Source: Takakia lepidozioides | Taxonomy: Eukaryota; Plantae; Bryophyta | Assembly (NCBI GenBank): GCA_030704615.1 | Contig: CM060734.1 | Coordinates: forward strand, 5,146,001-5,210,000 | DNA: 64,000 nucleotides | Direction: 5' to 3' | Shown here: positions 1 to 12,875 of the stretch, piece by piece | Position numbering within the stretch: position 1 is the stretch's first letter | Layout of the letters: every line of letters starts with the position of its first letter | The notes under the pieces: model-generated | Database searches by the model: none | What the model was told of the DNA's origin: nothing | The model's input: only the letters and a program-made list of their open reading frames with translations | Translations under genes and position numbers: made by a program

Positions 1-1117
1 GCGTGGGGTGCACTTGGCTCGACTTAATATATGAGTGATGTTTTCATGTGCAAGTGTGTGAGTTTGAGAGAGCTTGAGTGCTTGTATCCTTCTTCTGTTT
101 ATCACTCGAGAAAGATGAGCTCGAGTCTGTGAATGCTAGTTCATATGGGGCCCACCCCTGAAAAGGGGCAGTAGCCGTAAGGCGAAGTGGCTCTTAGTTA
201 CGTCGGCCTCGGCCGGAGTCTTCTCTCTGTGAGTGCCAGGTTCAAGTTAGTTGTAGCACTTGTGTTTTCAGATCATGAAAAGCGATTCAGCCTAGAGTGC
301 AGGGATCCGTACATGAGCCTATCCAAAGCGGATAGAGTGTGAAGGCGAACAGGTTGCAGGTTTGCAATGGATAGAGAGGCAGTCAGTGTTGCATAGCTCA
401 ACGCTATGGCAACTGAGTATGCGGTTCAGTGTGAAGCAGAGGAGATGCTGGCCACGAGTGGGCGAACTGTGGTCGTCTTCTTCAGCTGCAGGCCGAGTTG
501 AGGAGCTGCAGAAATGTGGGCGGTGCGCGGGGAAGCTACTGCAGCACAACCCATCATTGCATCGCAGGGGGCAACGGTATGAGGGCCATTGGTTGCTGAC
601 CTGAAAGCACTCGCTTTGGGGCCCATGAACTGCAGGTATGATCATGGCGTGGAAGAGTAGAAGACCAAGCGAGAGGGTTGGTTCTTCTTTTGTGCAAATC
701 AGTGCACTTGTGAAGCATGTGCTTGAGTTGGAAGTTTCAATCTCAAACTCTAGCACTAGGGCTCTTGGAGTGGCAAGAGTGGGGCTGGAAGGGCAACAAC
801 GAGGCGCCCTGGAGCCAAGAATATGCATGAGAGATGCAAGTGCACTAAGGTGGCAAAGGTGTGTATTTTTCAGCTTCATTTTGTGAGTTTCATGGAGCAA
901 GAGAGTTTGTTGGAGAGCCAAGAGCTTGTTTGGTGAGTTGGGGGCGCCTCTGGCAGGCCGTGAGAGCCCAAGAGAGCATGGCAGCAGGTCTGGTGGCTTC
1001 GCAGAAGCCGTAGCTCGTCGGCAGCAGGTTCTGATTAGGCACCTGCCCAAACTCAGCCTGATCCTCAGAATCAGCATGTCCCTGCATCCCGTGTTTTCCA
1101 CGGTTCATTCACAATAT

Positions 1118-4100
1118 ATGTAGCTATGGCGGATATCACGGACTATACACTAGCTCTACTTCTTACGCAGTGGCGCAATAAAGGACAGGACGAAAGTACT
1201 TTCTCTCTCACTCACTGTTTGCAAGCCCCGTAGGCTTACACACACCTACCTGTTCCATTCTGCGCTAATCACACTTTCATGCTATACGCATTGCAAGCTT
1301 TCTTGCAATTATTCCAAACAAGGCCTTCTTGTTTGTCTGGGATTAAGCAAATTAGAGAAATGGAGGATCTACGAGTGAAGAGCACGACGATTTTACAGAG
1401 ATAAACAATCGCCACACCACAGGCAGTGCAGTTGTTGAAGGAGTTGCGATTGGAGGGACTATTGCGCAAAGAATGGTCTTTGCATCATCGGGATTTGATG
1501 ATCCAGTTCATCAAGAACTTTGAGCCAAGGACAGGAGTTACCCAGGTGAAGGGCGTAGATATACAAGTTACTCCGCAGTACTTGCAACAACTTTTTGATT
1601 TACCATCTGGTAATGTGAGCGTGGATGAGCACAGGGCAAGATTGCAAATAGGGGATCTTTTCCAAGAAAAGAGTTTTTTCATAAACCAAGGATTCACTTG
1701 CACCAAAGCTGAGTATCCAGGTTTGAGGGAAATTGGCCAGATATTAAACATTCTGTTTGCCATGAAACAGAACCAACAGTATCTTAGCATATCTTTTACG
1801 GAAGAGGTTTTGAAAGCTTTGAAGGGAGAAGATGTAGCTTGGGCAGAGATGATGCATAGTGGTCTGGTGGAGGAGATGAAACGACTGCAGACTACTGCTG
1901 CCAAGTCCACAATCATTGTGTTTGGCCCAATTATTGCACAGATTATCTTTGATTCTTGTCTGCTTGATGCGCAAGAACGCAAGGTAATGGGGGTGTTTGA
2001 GGCAGCCACAACTGCAGTTGAAGAGCAAGGCTCTTCACAAGGTGAAAAATGATTAGAGAGGCAGCACCAGCCCAAGAGACAGAAGAGAGACGAAACCGTC
2101 ATGGCGGCTCCACTTGCCACAAGGAACCCTCACGATGATGTTTCCATAGCTCCTGCACAGGATGGGGTGCAGCAGCACAACGAGCTATTATTACTGGAAG
2201 CACGGCCATTAGAGAGGGAGGAAGAAGTCACTTCAGTACCACAGCCAGCACAACAAGCTGACCAAGTTGCCCTAGTGGTAACTCAGACTAGTCTTGTTGT
2301 TACACCGGAGCATCTTACTGTGGAGAGAGAGGGATTGGATATCCCCACTACAGAGCAAGTAGTGGTAGAAATTGAGAAGGGCGATCTTCTCTATGAAAAC
2401 TTTGGTATGGTCGGAGACCCCATGGTACCAAAAATACAGAGTCTGCCCAAGAAAATCCCTGATGTGCAGGTTATGCCAAACCTGTGTTAGAGGTTGAAGG
2501 GGTAAAGGGCAAGGGTACTGCAACACATGTGGAAGATGAGGTTGCTCAGGTACAAGATCATGTGGGATCATGGTCTGATTAGTTCGTCAAACACCAAACT
2601 ATTGATAATCAGGAAGAACAGTAGTAGGTTTTCCATAAAGACCCACAGCAGGCCATGGTTATGAATTCCATAAGCAGGACTCTCAACTTGTTGGGCACCT
2701 ATTTCAAGACTCGTGTTCCTTCCACTCAGTTGGCAACATTGCGGGAGGAGCTCAAACAAGAGTTTGAGGCAAGAATTGTCACTGAGTGTGCAAACAAGGT
2801 GGATGTGGAGGCCAACCTCAAGTTGTAGCGAGAATTGGAGGATACCAAAGTTGCCCTACAGCTTGAGAAGGAGAACTTAATTGGGGCAGGTCTTGAGCAT
2901 GAGAAGTTACATGAAGTGCATAAGCAACAGTTATACCAGATGCAAGTTCAGCATGAAGGCAAGTTGCAAGAAGTGAAGTTGTTTCACACGGAATTGGAAG
3001 CAGTCAATCAGAAAGTGCTCATACCGTGTGCCACACTAACGACTAATCTGGAGATGGCTGTGATGGAGGTCAAGAAGCAAGCCGAGAGATGTATATCGGC
3101 GGGGACAGAGGCAATGGAGCAGGGGAAACTCATTGCAAACATGAAGGATACTCTCTGTTGCAATGAGAATACAATTCAGCAGTTGAACCAGGTTAATGCC
3201 CAGAAGGACATACAACTTTTAGAGTTGCAGCAAACGATCACAGTGCGGGAGAGTGCATTTTCTGTGAGTGAAAGGGCCTGGAAAGAAGCCAATAATCTGT
3301 CAGCTGCCTATGCAGCTCTGGTTGAGCCTCATGCGAAGCAATTGAAGAGTTTACAACAGCAGTTGGAAACATACAGGCTCAAGGAGGAGCAGGTGTCTGT
3401 GGTGTTACACGGGACTTGGTGGATAATCATATTTTGCAGGAGTGATTAACACAAGGGCCAGTGGAAGGAAAAACACCAAGGAAGCTGACTCAAGAGGAAA
3501 TGAATGATCTCAGGCTACGGGTGCAGAACATTGCTACAACCACCATAGACAATGTCTATAGTCGGATAGCCGAGTTGCAGGAGGATGTGGAAGGGCTTCA
3601 GACTCAGGTGGATGAGTTAAGCTTCAATATTGAGAAGCGGGCTGTTGTTCCAGAGGAATAGCTCATGGCTACTTACTTGCAGGCAATGACTTTGATTTTT
3701 CAATCTTCAGCACAGGAAGTACCGGCCTTGCCAACATCAGGAGGGACTGTGGCAACAACATCACAGCAACCACTCCAGGTAGACAGTGTTGATACCATGG
3801 CACAGCAACAATCAGTGCCTGAGGTTTGGGGGGATGTTTCTTTTAACCCACCTACTACTCCTGCTGCACTTGAATACACTCGAGCTATGATTCTGCCCTT
3901 CAACCAAATTCCCATTGTTATGGATGTGGCTTGGAAAGAATTCAGTCCTCTAGAGTCTTTGGCACACTATTACCAGATTATGCGCATTTGGTTGCCAATG
4001 GCAACTCGGACTAAGGTTCTTCCAACTGACAGACCCATTGAAGATCACCATTTTGCACGGTACTGGTCTGAGGCAGGAACCATGCTGAAGGAATTAATTG

Positions 4101-4165
4101 CCTTTCAGATCATTCATGGATTCATCTACACCAAGACCAAGGAGGTACCTAGTCTGGTCATGGGC
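1118..4165 (+). pseudogene. Decayed copy of the extra 3' ORF (plant transposon-protein-like N-terminus plus long coiled coil) of the Gypsy family at 22730-46700
   Basis: ORFs 1426, 2101, 2835, 3461 and 3665 are collinear with and near-identical to the minus-strand ORFs at 26922-24242. DNA from 1118 (tgtagctatggcggatatcacgg) is the reverse complement of about 27022 downward. Several in-frame stops. Confidence 0.8.
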
Positions 4166-4233
4166 CGCCATATGCACAGGTCTCATATGACCACTATGGA
4201 TCCTCGAGTGGTTCCCAATCACCATGGCCACCA

Positions 4234-4557
4234 ATGGGTAGCTGGCCGAATCAACCCTTCAATGTTCCCGCACAGGTGCCAGCGATTCAACCTGCAGGGG
4301 ATGTGGTTCAATCAAAGGCTGATAGAACCAATGCCTTGAGACGAGCAAATTATGTTGTGAATGCCACGGCATATAAAGTGAAGGAAGAAAGAGAGACAGA
4401 AGGTCTTCCTGCAACTGTAGTTATTGTGAACAAGGCAGGAAAACCAGTTGGTCAAACGAGGAATGTTTGGCATACGGCCCTCAAAGGTCACGTTCATCGT
4501 ATCTGTGATCCTTCTATAGCCATCAACTATCAGCCTGATGAGATCATTGAAGAGCTT
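4234..4557 (+). pseudogene. CACTA/En-Spm TnpA-like (Transposase_24-type) fragment, 5' part, interrupted by the DNMT-Gypsy
   Basis: VNKAGKPVGQTRNVW...EIIEEL continues plausibly into KDILAKLFEY...EHWKSLTSYW...HTKTGQG at 14993, resembling plant Ptta/En-Spm proteins. Confidence 0.55.
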
Positions 4558-4978
4558 TGTCATGGTTTTAGTCATGGTTATCTAGAATTACCTACTTCTA
4601 GTTAACTAGGACATTAAAGATATTTATATTTATATTTTGTGTGTTGGGACTTCATTTGGTCTCACATGCCAAGTGAGGTGTCGAGCCTCACTTGAGACAT
4701 GGAGATAGGTTTTCCCCTTGTGAGTGTTGAGGAGGCTCATCTTCTTGTAGTTGAGCCTCCATGAGCTTCTCTCACCTCCATAGCTCTAGGTATTGAGAGG
4801 GAGTGTGTTGAGGGCTTTGTAGGGTGGATTCCTTTAGCAAAGGTGCCCTTGGCTTGACTTAGTTTATGTGATAGAGTGGATTTCACTTGGAAGGACTAGG
4901 GCTTGTTCTTCATGTGATTGCTTCATGCTTTGAGAGCTTTCATTGTCTTCTACTTCTCTCATTTCTCATCTCTTATCA
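4558..4978 (+). repeat. 5' terminal repeat A1 (LTR-like, TGTCAT...TATCA)
   Basis: 2 mismatches seen by eye versus 14484-14904. Confidence 0.9.
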
Positions 4979-6099
4979 CTACAAGAAGATCACCTTATGC
5001 TTGTGAGTGTGGAGTGTAAGGATTAGTTTTGCACTTGTATTTTAAAGAGGTTGAGAGCTAGGAGAATTTAGCTCTTATATCACAAGGCTTGCAAGGGGTT
5101 GCAAGGAAAGGTGCTCGAGTATTGCATGCACCAAGGAGTTGGAGAGCTTGAGAAGAAAGCTCTTGAGTCACAAGATTTTGCAAGGATTGTAAGGAGAAAG
5201 TCTTGTGTGTGTGGAAGCATGGATTCTAGGGTTTCAGAATCCTCTGTATGCATTATGGAGTCGATGGTGTGCGCCATGGCTTGTGGAGAGTGACTAAAGG
5301 CTTGTCAGTGTTAATTTCACTATCAAGCTAGGGTTAAGCAAGTTCAAAGTGTGGATGTTGTGGAAGAGAAGCCAAGGAGCTATATATGCTTGGGCTTGAA
5401 GATATGTAATGTGACAAGAGGGGGAGGCAATACTTGGCTATTCATGCTCTTAGTAGTGCGAGCTTTGTGGTGGATAGTTGACCAAGCAAGTGGTGCATGT
5501 GTGGAGCATGCTCGCTTGAGTTTGTAAGCTCAAGTTTGAGAAGGGGAGCTCTTGAACTAGCAAGAGGTGAAGGCCTTTGAGATCCATTTGTGTGTGAAGT
5601 GGAGAGGTGTTGATTCATGTTATGATGAAGGAGAGCAACACATAGGCCAAGAGGTCATGAAACATGCATTCAAATGACCACGGGGAGCACATGGATGATG
5701 GATTGGTGCAAGACCCCAAATGAGGCATATGGCGTGAGAGTGGGATCCAAGGCGGATTGCTTGGGAGCATTATTGTAAGTGACAAGCATTGCTCCTACAC
5801 ATTGAGATAATTTGTGTTGATTTGGAGCAATTGTCAAGTGATGAGGAGACAAATGCATGATTGCTCGGCAATGGAGATATGGTAGTTTGCAATCAAATCC
5901 CAAGGACTAGAAGGGGGATTGATTTGGTGGACAATGACTTGCAAGTTGAGTTGGACCACTCTTGGTTGCACATTGGGGTGGAAGAGAGCAAGAAGATGCC
6001 TCTTATGACCACCTAGAGACCATATTTTTGCTTGAGTAGAAGCATAGAAGTCAAGGACTTGCATTCTAGCTCTTCATTACAAACCCTAGTAGTGTATGC

Positions 6100-6490
6100 T
6101 CAGACTATACCTCTGTTAGTATACCAAACAGGAGCTTGTCCCTTTGACTATACCTCTGTTGAGGTATCACCATATGTGAACCCTAATGTGAGACTATATC
6201 TCTGTTAGTATACCAAACAGGAGCTTGTCCATTTTACTATACCTCTATTGAGGTATCACCATATGTGAACCCTAATCAGCTCAGACTATACCTCTGTTAG
6301 TATACCAAACAAGAGCTTGTCCCTTTTACTATACCTCTGTTGAGGTATCACCATATGTGGACCCTAATCAGCTCAGACTATACCTCTGTTAGTATACCAA
6401 ACAGAACCCTCATTTTCAGACTATACCTCTGTAAAGGTATCATCAACATAAGGGACCCTAGCAACCTCAGACTATACCTCTGTTAAGGTA
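6100..6490. repeat. Tandem repeat, about 92-bp unit built from two ACTATACCTCTGTT sub-repeats
   Basis: The ACTATACCTCTGT-like motif recurs about 9 times at about 43-50-bp spacing in the leader of the DNMT-Gypsy. Confidence 0.85.
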
Positions 6491-7304
6491 TCAACAGTGA
6501 CAGGACTTAGTGAAATTTAAGGGCCTTTGAAGGATTGTTTGGAAGATATTTGAGGGCCCTTGGAGGAGTATTTGGAGGATCTTTGGGGTCCTTGGAGGAG
6601 TGTTTGGAGGATCTTTGGGGTCCTTGGAGGACCCTTCGAGGAGCTTTGGTGGACAATGTTGAAGAGCTCTTGAAGGATTGATTGAGGGATATTGAAGGAT
6701 ACTTGCCACGACCATACAAGCGAGTGGATAGAGACAGGAGGGAGAGTGGTGGGATGAGAGCATTCTGGGGTTAGGAATTGCTTTAGTTTCTCTTCTCCAT
6801 AGTCTTTCACCCTCTCTGTAGGCCAAAACCTTTCCGTAGGTGGAGGCAAGAGTCAGTCCGGGTTTGGGCTGGGGTGTCCTTGCAGGAGCGACACTGTGGA
6901 ATGTTTTTGGTGTGGGGGAGTTGCTGTCTTGATTTTCTTGTGTTTGGATCCCCTCCACACCTGCATGCTTGACTGTGCGCCATGTTAGCTTTGTGTGGGC
7001 GCCTGTTTTCATAGGAGGTTGGTCCGGATTTGATCACCGGCCAATCCTAGAGTATGATGTCGGTGGTGAGGCTGGAGTGATGACCAGCAAGACCACCAGT
7101 GTTTCTTCTATGGTGAGGCTGGGTTGATGACCAGCAGACCATAGGAGTGCTTGCGGTGGATGCAGGTGCAGGTACAGGTACGTAGAAACCTATTATTCCT
7201 GCTTGAACCAGTAGCCGCAACAGGTTCTCTACCGGTTACCTTGTAGAAAGTGGGGATTAGAGACAGGTTGACAACCGGTTGGGTTATGAGTTTTCATCAC
7301 GGAG

Positions 7305-9199
7305 GTGCCACCAGCTGCTGAGGGGAGTGCCGGTACGAGCACCAGCAATACTAGTGGGTATACAAGACAAGGTGTGCGGTTTAGGCCACTTTCACCTTCA
7401 GTGTCTTTTGAGGAAGGTTCAGACTCGGAGTCCGGAGGATTCTCGCCGAGGGTGCAAGTCATTTCCGTGCCATTGTTGTGGGACACGATGGAGGAGATGT
7501 ATGGAGCTACCAAGGGGCCACGTAGGTACTCTGGAGCTGTGGACACCATCGAGCTTGATGACTTTATACGAGAGTTTGACAGTTGGTGTGATTTGCAGCA
7601 AATGCGCAATCCACAACTGTTTACGCCCTTTATGGCGTGGAAGGGGCTATTCCAGCACCTTGAGGGGCCGCCCATGGATGATTACCATGAATTTAGGCAG
7701 GGACATGCGGTGGAGATTGAGGAGTGGCGAGAGTATTGGTCACCTAATTATGTCTCAATCACTAGAGGCACAAGGGCAGCGGTGACACCAGCAGCTACAC
7801 AAACATCTCCAACTACAAGCACTAGTAGTGGAACAAGTAGTGCCGGTACTTTTGCAGGTGGTACCAGTTCAAAAGGTGCTACTACTCCTCCGGCCACGAC
7901 TACAACACATGTGCCTAGATTCAACCCGGTGGTGGAGTTCTTCCAGGAGTTGCGGAGGAACTACCAAGGTGTACGGACAGAGAAGCTGCAAAGTTTGCAA
8001 GACTTCCAGCGCAAATCCAGTGAGAGCTTGCGAGAGGCCTACACTCGTATGAGGCGCTTGATAAGTGTGACCCAAGGGGTTACTGAAGCTCAGGCAGTCC
8101 AGTTCTGGTATGGAATTTTGGACAAGGAGCTCAGGAGAAGGGTGCGGGATGCAACCCTGTTACAAGCGGCCCAACCCACATTAGCGGATGTGTTTCTGCT
8201 GGCTGAGCGGATTGAGCTCAACATGGTGGAGGAGCGAGTTGTTACCATTGGATTTGGCAAGGACATGCCTGCACGAGGTGCAGCTGCCAGCCAACAGGTA
8301 CAAGGGACTGCCCAACAGTGTGGTCAGGGGGGCAAGGTTGCCCAACCCAAGTTCCATGGAGCTTACAGGGGACCTCAGGTGCAGAGGCCCGTGGCATCTT
8401 TTGCAGGCCAACAGCAACCAGGGTGATATGTTGGACATGTGGAGGACCCCATGTCAAGAGAGATTGCCCAGAGAGTGGCAGAAGGCCGGCACAAGCACAG
8501 CCTGCACAGTTGCAGTGTGGGCATTGTGGCAAGTATGGGCATGGAGATGCCCAGTGTTATGACTTGCACCCTGAGTTGCGCCCAGGCCAGTTCCAAGGGA
8601 ACAATGGTGGCCGGGGGCGAGGTGGACCAGCCCAGAGAGGACGAGGTGGTCGGGCACGAGGTGCAGGCCAAGGGCAAGCTCAACATGGCCAAGGACGCGG
8701 AGGTCAGGGTGTTGACCAAGACATGGCCAACCGGCTTCAGCAGCTAGAGCAGAGGCTCGCTGCCATGGCTACAGCTCAGGTGGTACCGGCTCCCAGGCGG
8801 GATGGTCCACCTCCTGCTCCTGAGGGAGGAGATATGGGAGGCATGGGATTCATGTGCGGAGCAGCACTACCACTAGTGCAGGTGGAGTTTGCTGCAGCCG
8901 TGACTCGAGAAGCAGCACGAGTTCCTGAGCCACGAGGTGCAGAGGTGGAATTGGATCCACAGCGTGGGGAGGCAAGCCGTCAGGCGAGGCTTCCTCAGTC
9001 ATTCACATTGGCGGAGACAGTGTCGACGCCATCCATGGCACTTAGTTCTCGCCCGACTGTTACCGAGGCGGAGGTTACTATGCCATTGGGGAGAGCTACA
9101 CGTACAGCACTGACACCTGCTACCAGGCTAGTGCAGCCGGTGTGTTATTGGGGGCAGCCACCTTTGTGTATCAAGCCCCACTGTTCTCAGCAACCATGA
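7305..9199 (+). pseudogene. Gag with two zinc knuckles (frameshifted near 8400)
   Basis: Capsid-like region (LQDFQRKSSESLREAYTRM), CWTCGGPHVKRDC and CGHCGKYGHGDAQC, followed by an RGG-rich segment. Confidence 0.8.
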
Positions 9200-9880
9200 T
9201 TGCGACGCCGGGGGTAAGACCAGCTGCAGTGTTCAGACTAGCAGCAACACTCTGCGAGAGTGGGGAAGTCACTTCATCTTCTGCGGAGTTACTAGAAGGT
9301 GTAGTGGCAGAGGGATCCTCGGATTTGAGGGTCAAGACTGCCACGGCTACGCCATGGCAAGCTGCAGCTGCCAGGTTGACGGAGCTGCAAGCTAGGCCAG
9401 CCTTTGAGCGCGCCATGGTGACACCTGGAGTTGTCTTGTTAGACAACCAGGGAGGCATTTTCACTTTGAGTGGACCGGCAGGCAAGACGTACCGGCCACT
9501 GCGGGTCTTGTTGGACTCAGGAGCTCAGCCACTGATGTTGGGCAGAGCTGCTATTGCAGGTTTGGGCCTCATGGAGGCGGATATGGAACCTTGTCCTTTC
9601 CAGATACAGACATCTCTGGGAGGATCAGAGCAGGCTCGGGGCATGACACGGCGTGAGTTGGCCATTGGACTACAACCAGATCATCCTGTAGATGGCTCAG
9701 TGATGCAAGCCAAGGCCATTGTGACAGACGCAGTCTCTTACGATGTCCTTATTGGTGGGGCAGTGTTATATCCCATGGGCTTCACCCTGGACTTTTGGGA
9801 GGAGTCAGCATCCGACAGGCCTGGATGGCAGTCAGGGGATGGTCGTCGTGCACAGCTCCCTGTGACATTCATTGGGGGTA
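9142..9880 (+). pseudogene. Retroviral-type aspartic protease
   Basis: VLLDSGA active site and YDVLIG motif in ORF 9142..10296. Confidence 0.85.
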
Positions 9881-10227
9881 TTGCGGCTGCCCAGCGGGGC
9901 AAGATGCCAACACTAGCCGCCTTTACAGCTGCAGTTAGTTGGCCTGGAGAGTTGCTGGAAGACAATGTCTATGCAGAGGATGTGCGACCTCCAGCAGAGC
10001 AGGATGACATGCATGGTACGGCGGAGTTGCCTGCCATGGTTGCTCACACTCCATTATGGGGTACGAGCAAGGATTTGCAGCAGGCTGCTGATGGACGGGT
10101 GCAACAAGCTTGGGTGGACGCTTTCGTACCGTCAGGAGAGGAGAAGAGTGCGGTGATTGCACCAGGACCACCTCAGTTGTCGCCATTGGACACTACACCT
10201 CTTGTGTGGCAGTGCCCGGATGAAGGC

Positions 10228-11175
10228 ATATGCCTTCTGGACTTGTTTGGCGGGATCAGCACTGGATTGGCTGCAGTGCTGCAGGCAAGTATATGAGTTC
10301 GACGTTACCTGTATCTGGAGAGGGATGAGACTGCACGACGCGTCTCACTGCGCCATGTTGCTCAGTTGGTACAGCAGTACCCTGATTTGTTGTCAGTGTC
10401 TGCAGTTCGTGGATACCAACAAGCCTTGCCAGCAGACATTTCATTGCTGGGGGCGCAGGATTTGGAGCAGGTTGGCTCCATTGATTTGGTAGTGGCAGGT
10501 TGGCCCTGCCAAGGGCATTCATCAGCCGGGCATGGCAATAGATTGCGAGACTCAAGGACGGGTCTGTTTTGGGAGATGGTGCGGGTTTTGCGCCACTTGC
10601 AGCTTCATCAAGCTGTATCTCCAGCATACATCTTGGAGAATGTGCCACTGATGGGCGATTCCCGGGCCAGGATGATGGCCAGGGTGATGGCCAGTGTGCA
10701 TCAAGTCCGGTCGTGGCTTGGGTCAGCAGTGTTGCTGGATGCAGCTGCAGTGGGGTCATGGGCTCATCGTCCACGGCTATGGTGGACTAACTTGATGCCA
10801 CCCGCACTGCTCAAGCGTGCATTTGATGGGGTGCAGCGGCCAGCACACCTCACAGTGGATAGCATTTTGGACACAGGGAGGCAGTCTCAACGTGTGAGAC
10901 ACGATGACCGTTCGCCTTTGGTAGTGGTCAATAGGGTGGGTCAACCACGAGCAGCATTACCTACACTGCTCAGCTTCCCAGGATCCCATGCTTTTCGGGA
11001 TGGTGGACCTGGCCTCTTGTGGGATAGCCAGTTGCAACAATTAGTGGAGCCCAATGCTGACAAGCGCGAGCGGGCGATGGGTTTTACCACAGGTACCACG
11101 GCGGTGCCATCTCTTTCTGAGGCATCATGTCGTCAGGTGTTGGGGCAAGCAATGGATCTCAATTGCTTGACTTGA
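10228..11175 (+). pseudogene. C5 cytosine DNA methyltransferase domain (DNMT3-like) within pol
   Basis: Motif I LLDLFGG, motif II YLERD, motif IV AGWPCQ, motif VI LENV, motif VIII HRPRLWWTN, motifs IX/X ERAMGF...LGQAM. One stop at 10294-10296. Confidence 0.92.
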
Positions 11176-11616
11176 ATTATCAGCTTGGCTATGGCTGAGC
11201 AGCGCAGAGTACGGAGTACACTTCCCTTCATGGTCTCCCTGCCTACCGAGACGGTACAGGCAGCGAGTGGGAGCAAGCAGGTGAGGACCACGAGGTGCAG
11301 GCCGCATCCATGACACACGTGGGAGGTGCTCGAGGTTTAGAAGGAGTTGGCAGCCAAGGCGGCGGTGATGGATCAGGTTAGGGATTTTTCTCGGATTTAG
11401 GAGGTCCTCAAGGATGGGATGATGGGGCAGGATGAGACATTGTCACTGACAGAGGAGGCAATGGTCACTGCTCAAGAGGTTGCAGCATAGCAACCACGGG
11501 ACGCGTCTTCTACCTCTAAGCCTGCTGGACTCAAGGTTCCAGTCACGGAGGACAACTGGGAGCCTGATGTTGGACCTATAGTCACCGGAGGAGAGAGACG
11601 ACATATACGGCAGTTC

Positions 11617-12440
11617 TTGAGGGCTTACAGGAACTGCTTTGCCTTCAGTTTGAAGGACTTAGGAGCACTGAAGGGTCAAGAGATTCGCATTGAATTGGCT
11701 ACTGACACGCCAATCTTTCGGAGACCCTATAGATACAGTGACATGGAGAGGTCCTTGATTCAGATGAGAACTCAGGACCTTTGGGAGGCTGGTTTGGTGG
11801 AGCTATCTGGGGGAGAGTATGCTTCAGCCACACTGATGCCAGCCAAGAAGGATGTCTTTGGCAATTGGACGGAGAGACGTATGTGCGGTGATTACCGGCC
11901 TGTAAATCGTCAGACCAAGTCCAATAGGTATGCCATGCCAATACCAGAGGAGATCTTTGATGCCATTGGGCATGCCAAGGTCTTTAGCACGTTGGATTTA
12001 CGATCCGGATATCACTAGTTGCCGATCAAGGAGGCGGATAAGCAAAAGACGGCATTCTGGGGGATCAATGAGCACGGGAAGGATTGCCTATATCAGTGGC
12101 GGTTCTTACCATTTGGGCTTAAGAACGCTCCGGCAGAGTTTCAGAGAGTCATGGACAGGATTCTAGCAGGGGTGGAGTTTGCTCGGTGCTACATAGATGA
12201 CATCGTCATCTTTAGTGCTACGGTGGAAGAGCATGAGAGACACCTTCAGGGGGTATTTGAGCGCTTGAGGGCGCACGGATTGAAGTTACATCCGGGAAAG
12301 TGCAAGTTTTTCCACAACCAGATTGAGTATCTGGGTCACATGATATATCTTAGAGGATTGGGGGTACAGCAGACTAAGGTAGAGTCCATTGCACAGGTTC
12401 CACGCCCCACGGATGTGAGCCGAGTTCGAGCTTTCATGGG
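11617..12440 (+). pseudogene. Gypsy reverse transcriptase (RNase H deleted downstream)
   Basis: RMCGDYRPVN, STLDLRSGYH, LPFGLKNAP and YIDD motifs. After RAFMG the sequence jumps directly to VVHRPG..NADGLSR. Confidence 0.92.
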
Positions 12441-12875
12441 GTTCAGGTGGTGCATCGACCGGGTTTGGTCAATCGCAATGCAGATGGGTTGAGTCGCAAT
12501 CCATGCACGAGCCAGCAGGATGACACTGGAGCTCGGTGGCATGGTGAGACGGACGAGGAGATGGTGTCCGGATGGCATGCATCTGCATTTCTGTGTATCT
12601 TGGCAGCGGAAGGCCAGGTTGGACCTGCAACAGGGATGACTGTAGATCAAGTGTCTGAGGACCCTGAGGCCAGCAATGAGCAAGGTGGCGCCAAAGATAT
12701 ACATGAGGATTCAGTTGTGTTGGACTACCTCCGCACTGGAGACACTGCAGCCACTGTGACTGCCAAGGAGAGGGACCAAATCCTACAACGAGCCAAGAGG
12801 TTCAAGTGGGAGGGGATACACCTGCTCCGAGTGTGGGAGGATGGTCGAGTGAGGATTGTGCCTCACCCAACATAG

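Noticed and set aside
319-1101. 260-aa minus-strand ORF
   Set aside because: No recognisable domain and a non-ATG start; probably spurious in decayed TE sequence.
6491-7012. 173-aa Pro-rich ORF
   Set aside because: Arises from low-complexity tandem repeats in the retroelement leader.
10228-11175. Bacterial restriction-modification system or contamination
   Set aside because: The MTase is in frame within a Gypsy pol bounded by terminal repeats. There is no endonuclease, and the neighbouring genes have spliceosomal introns.
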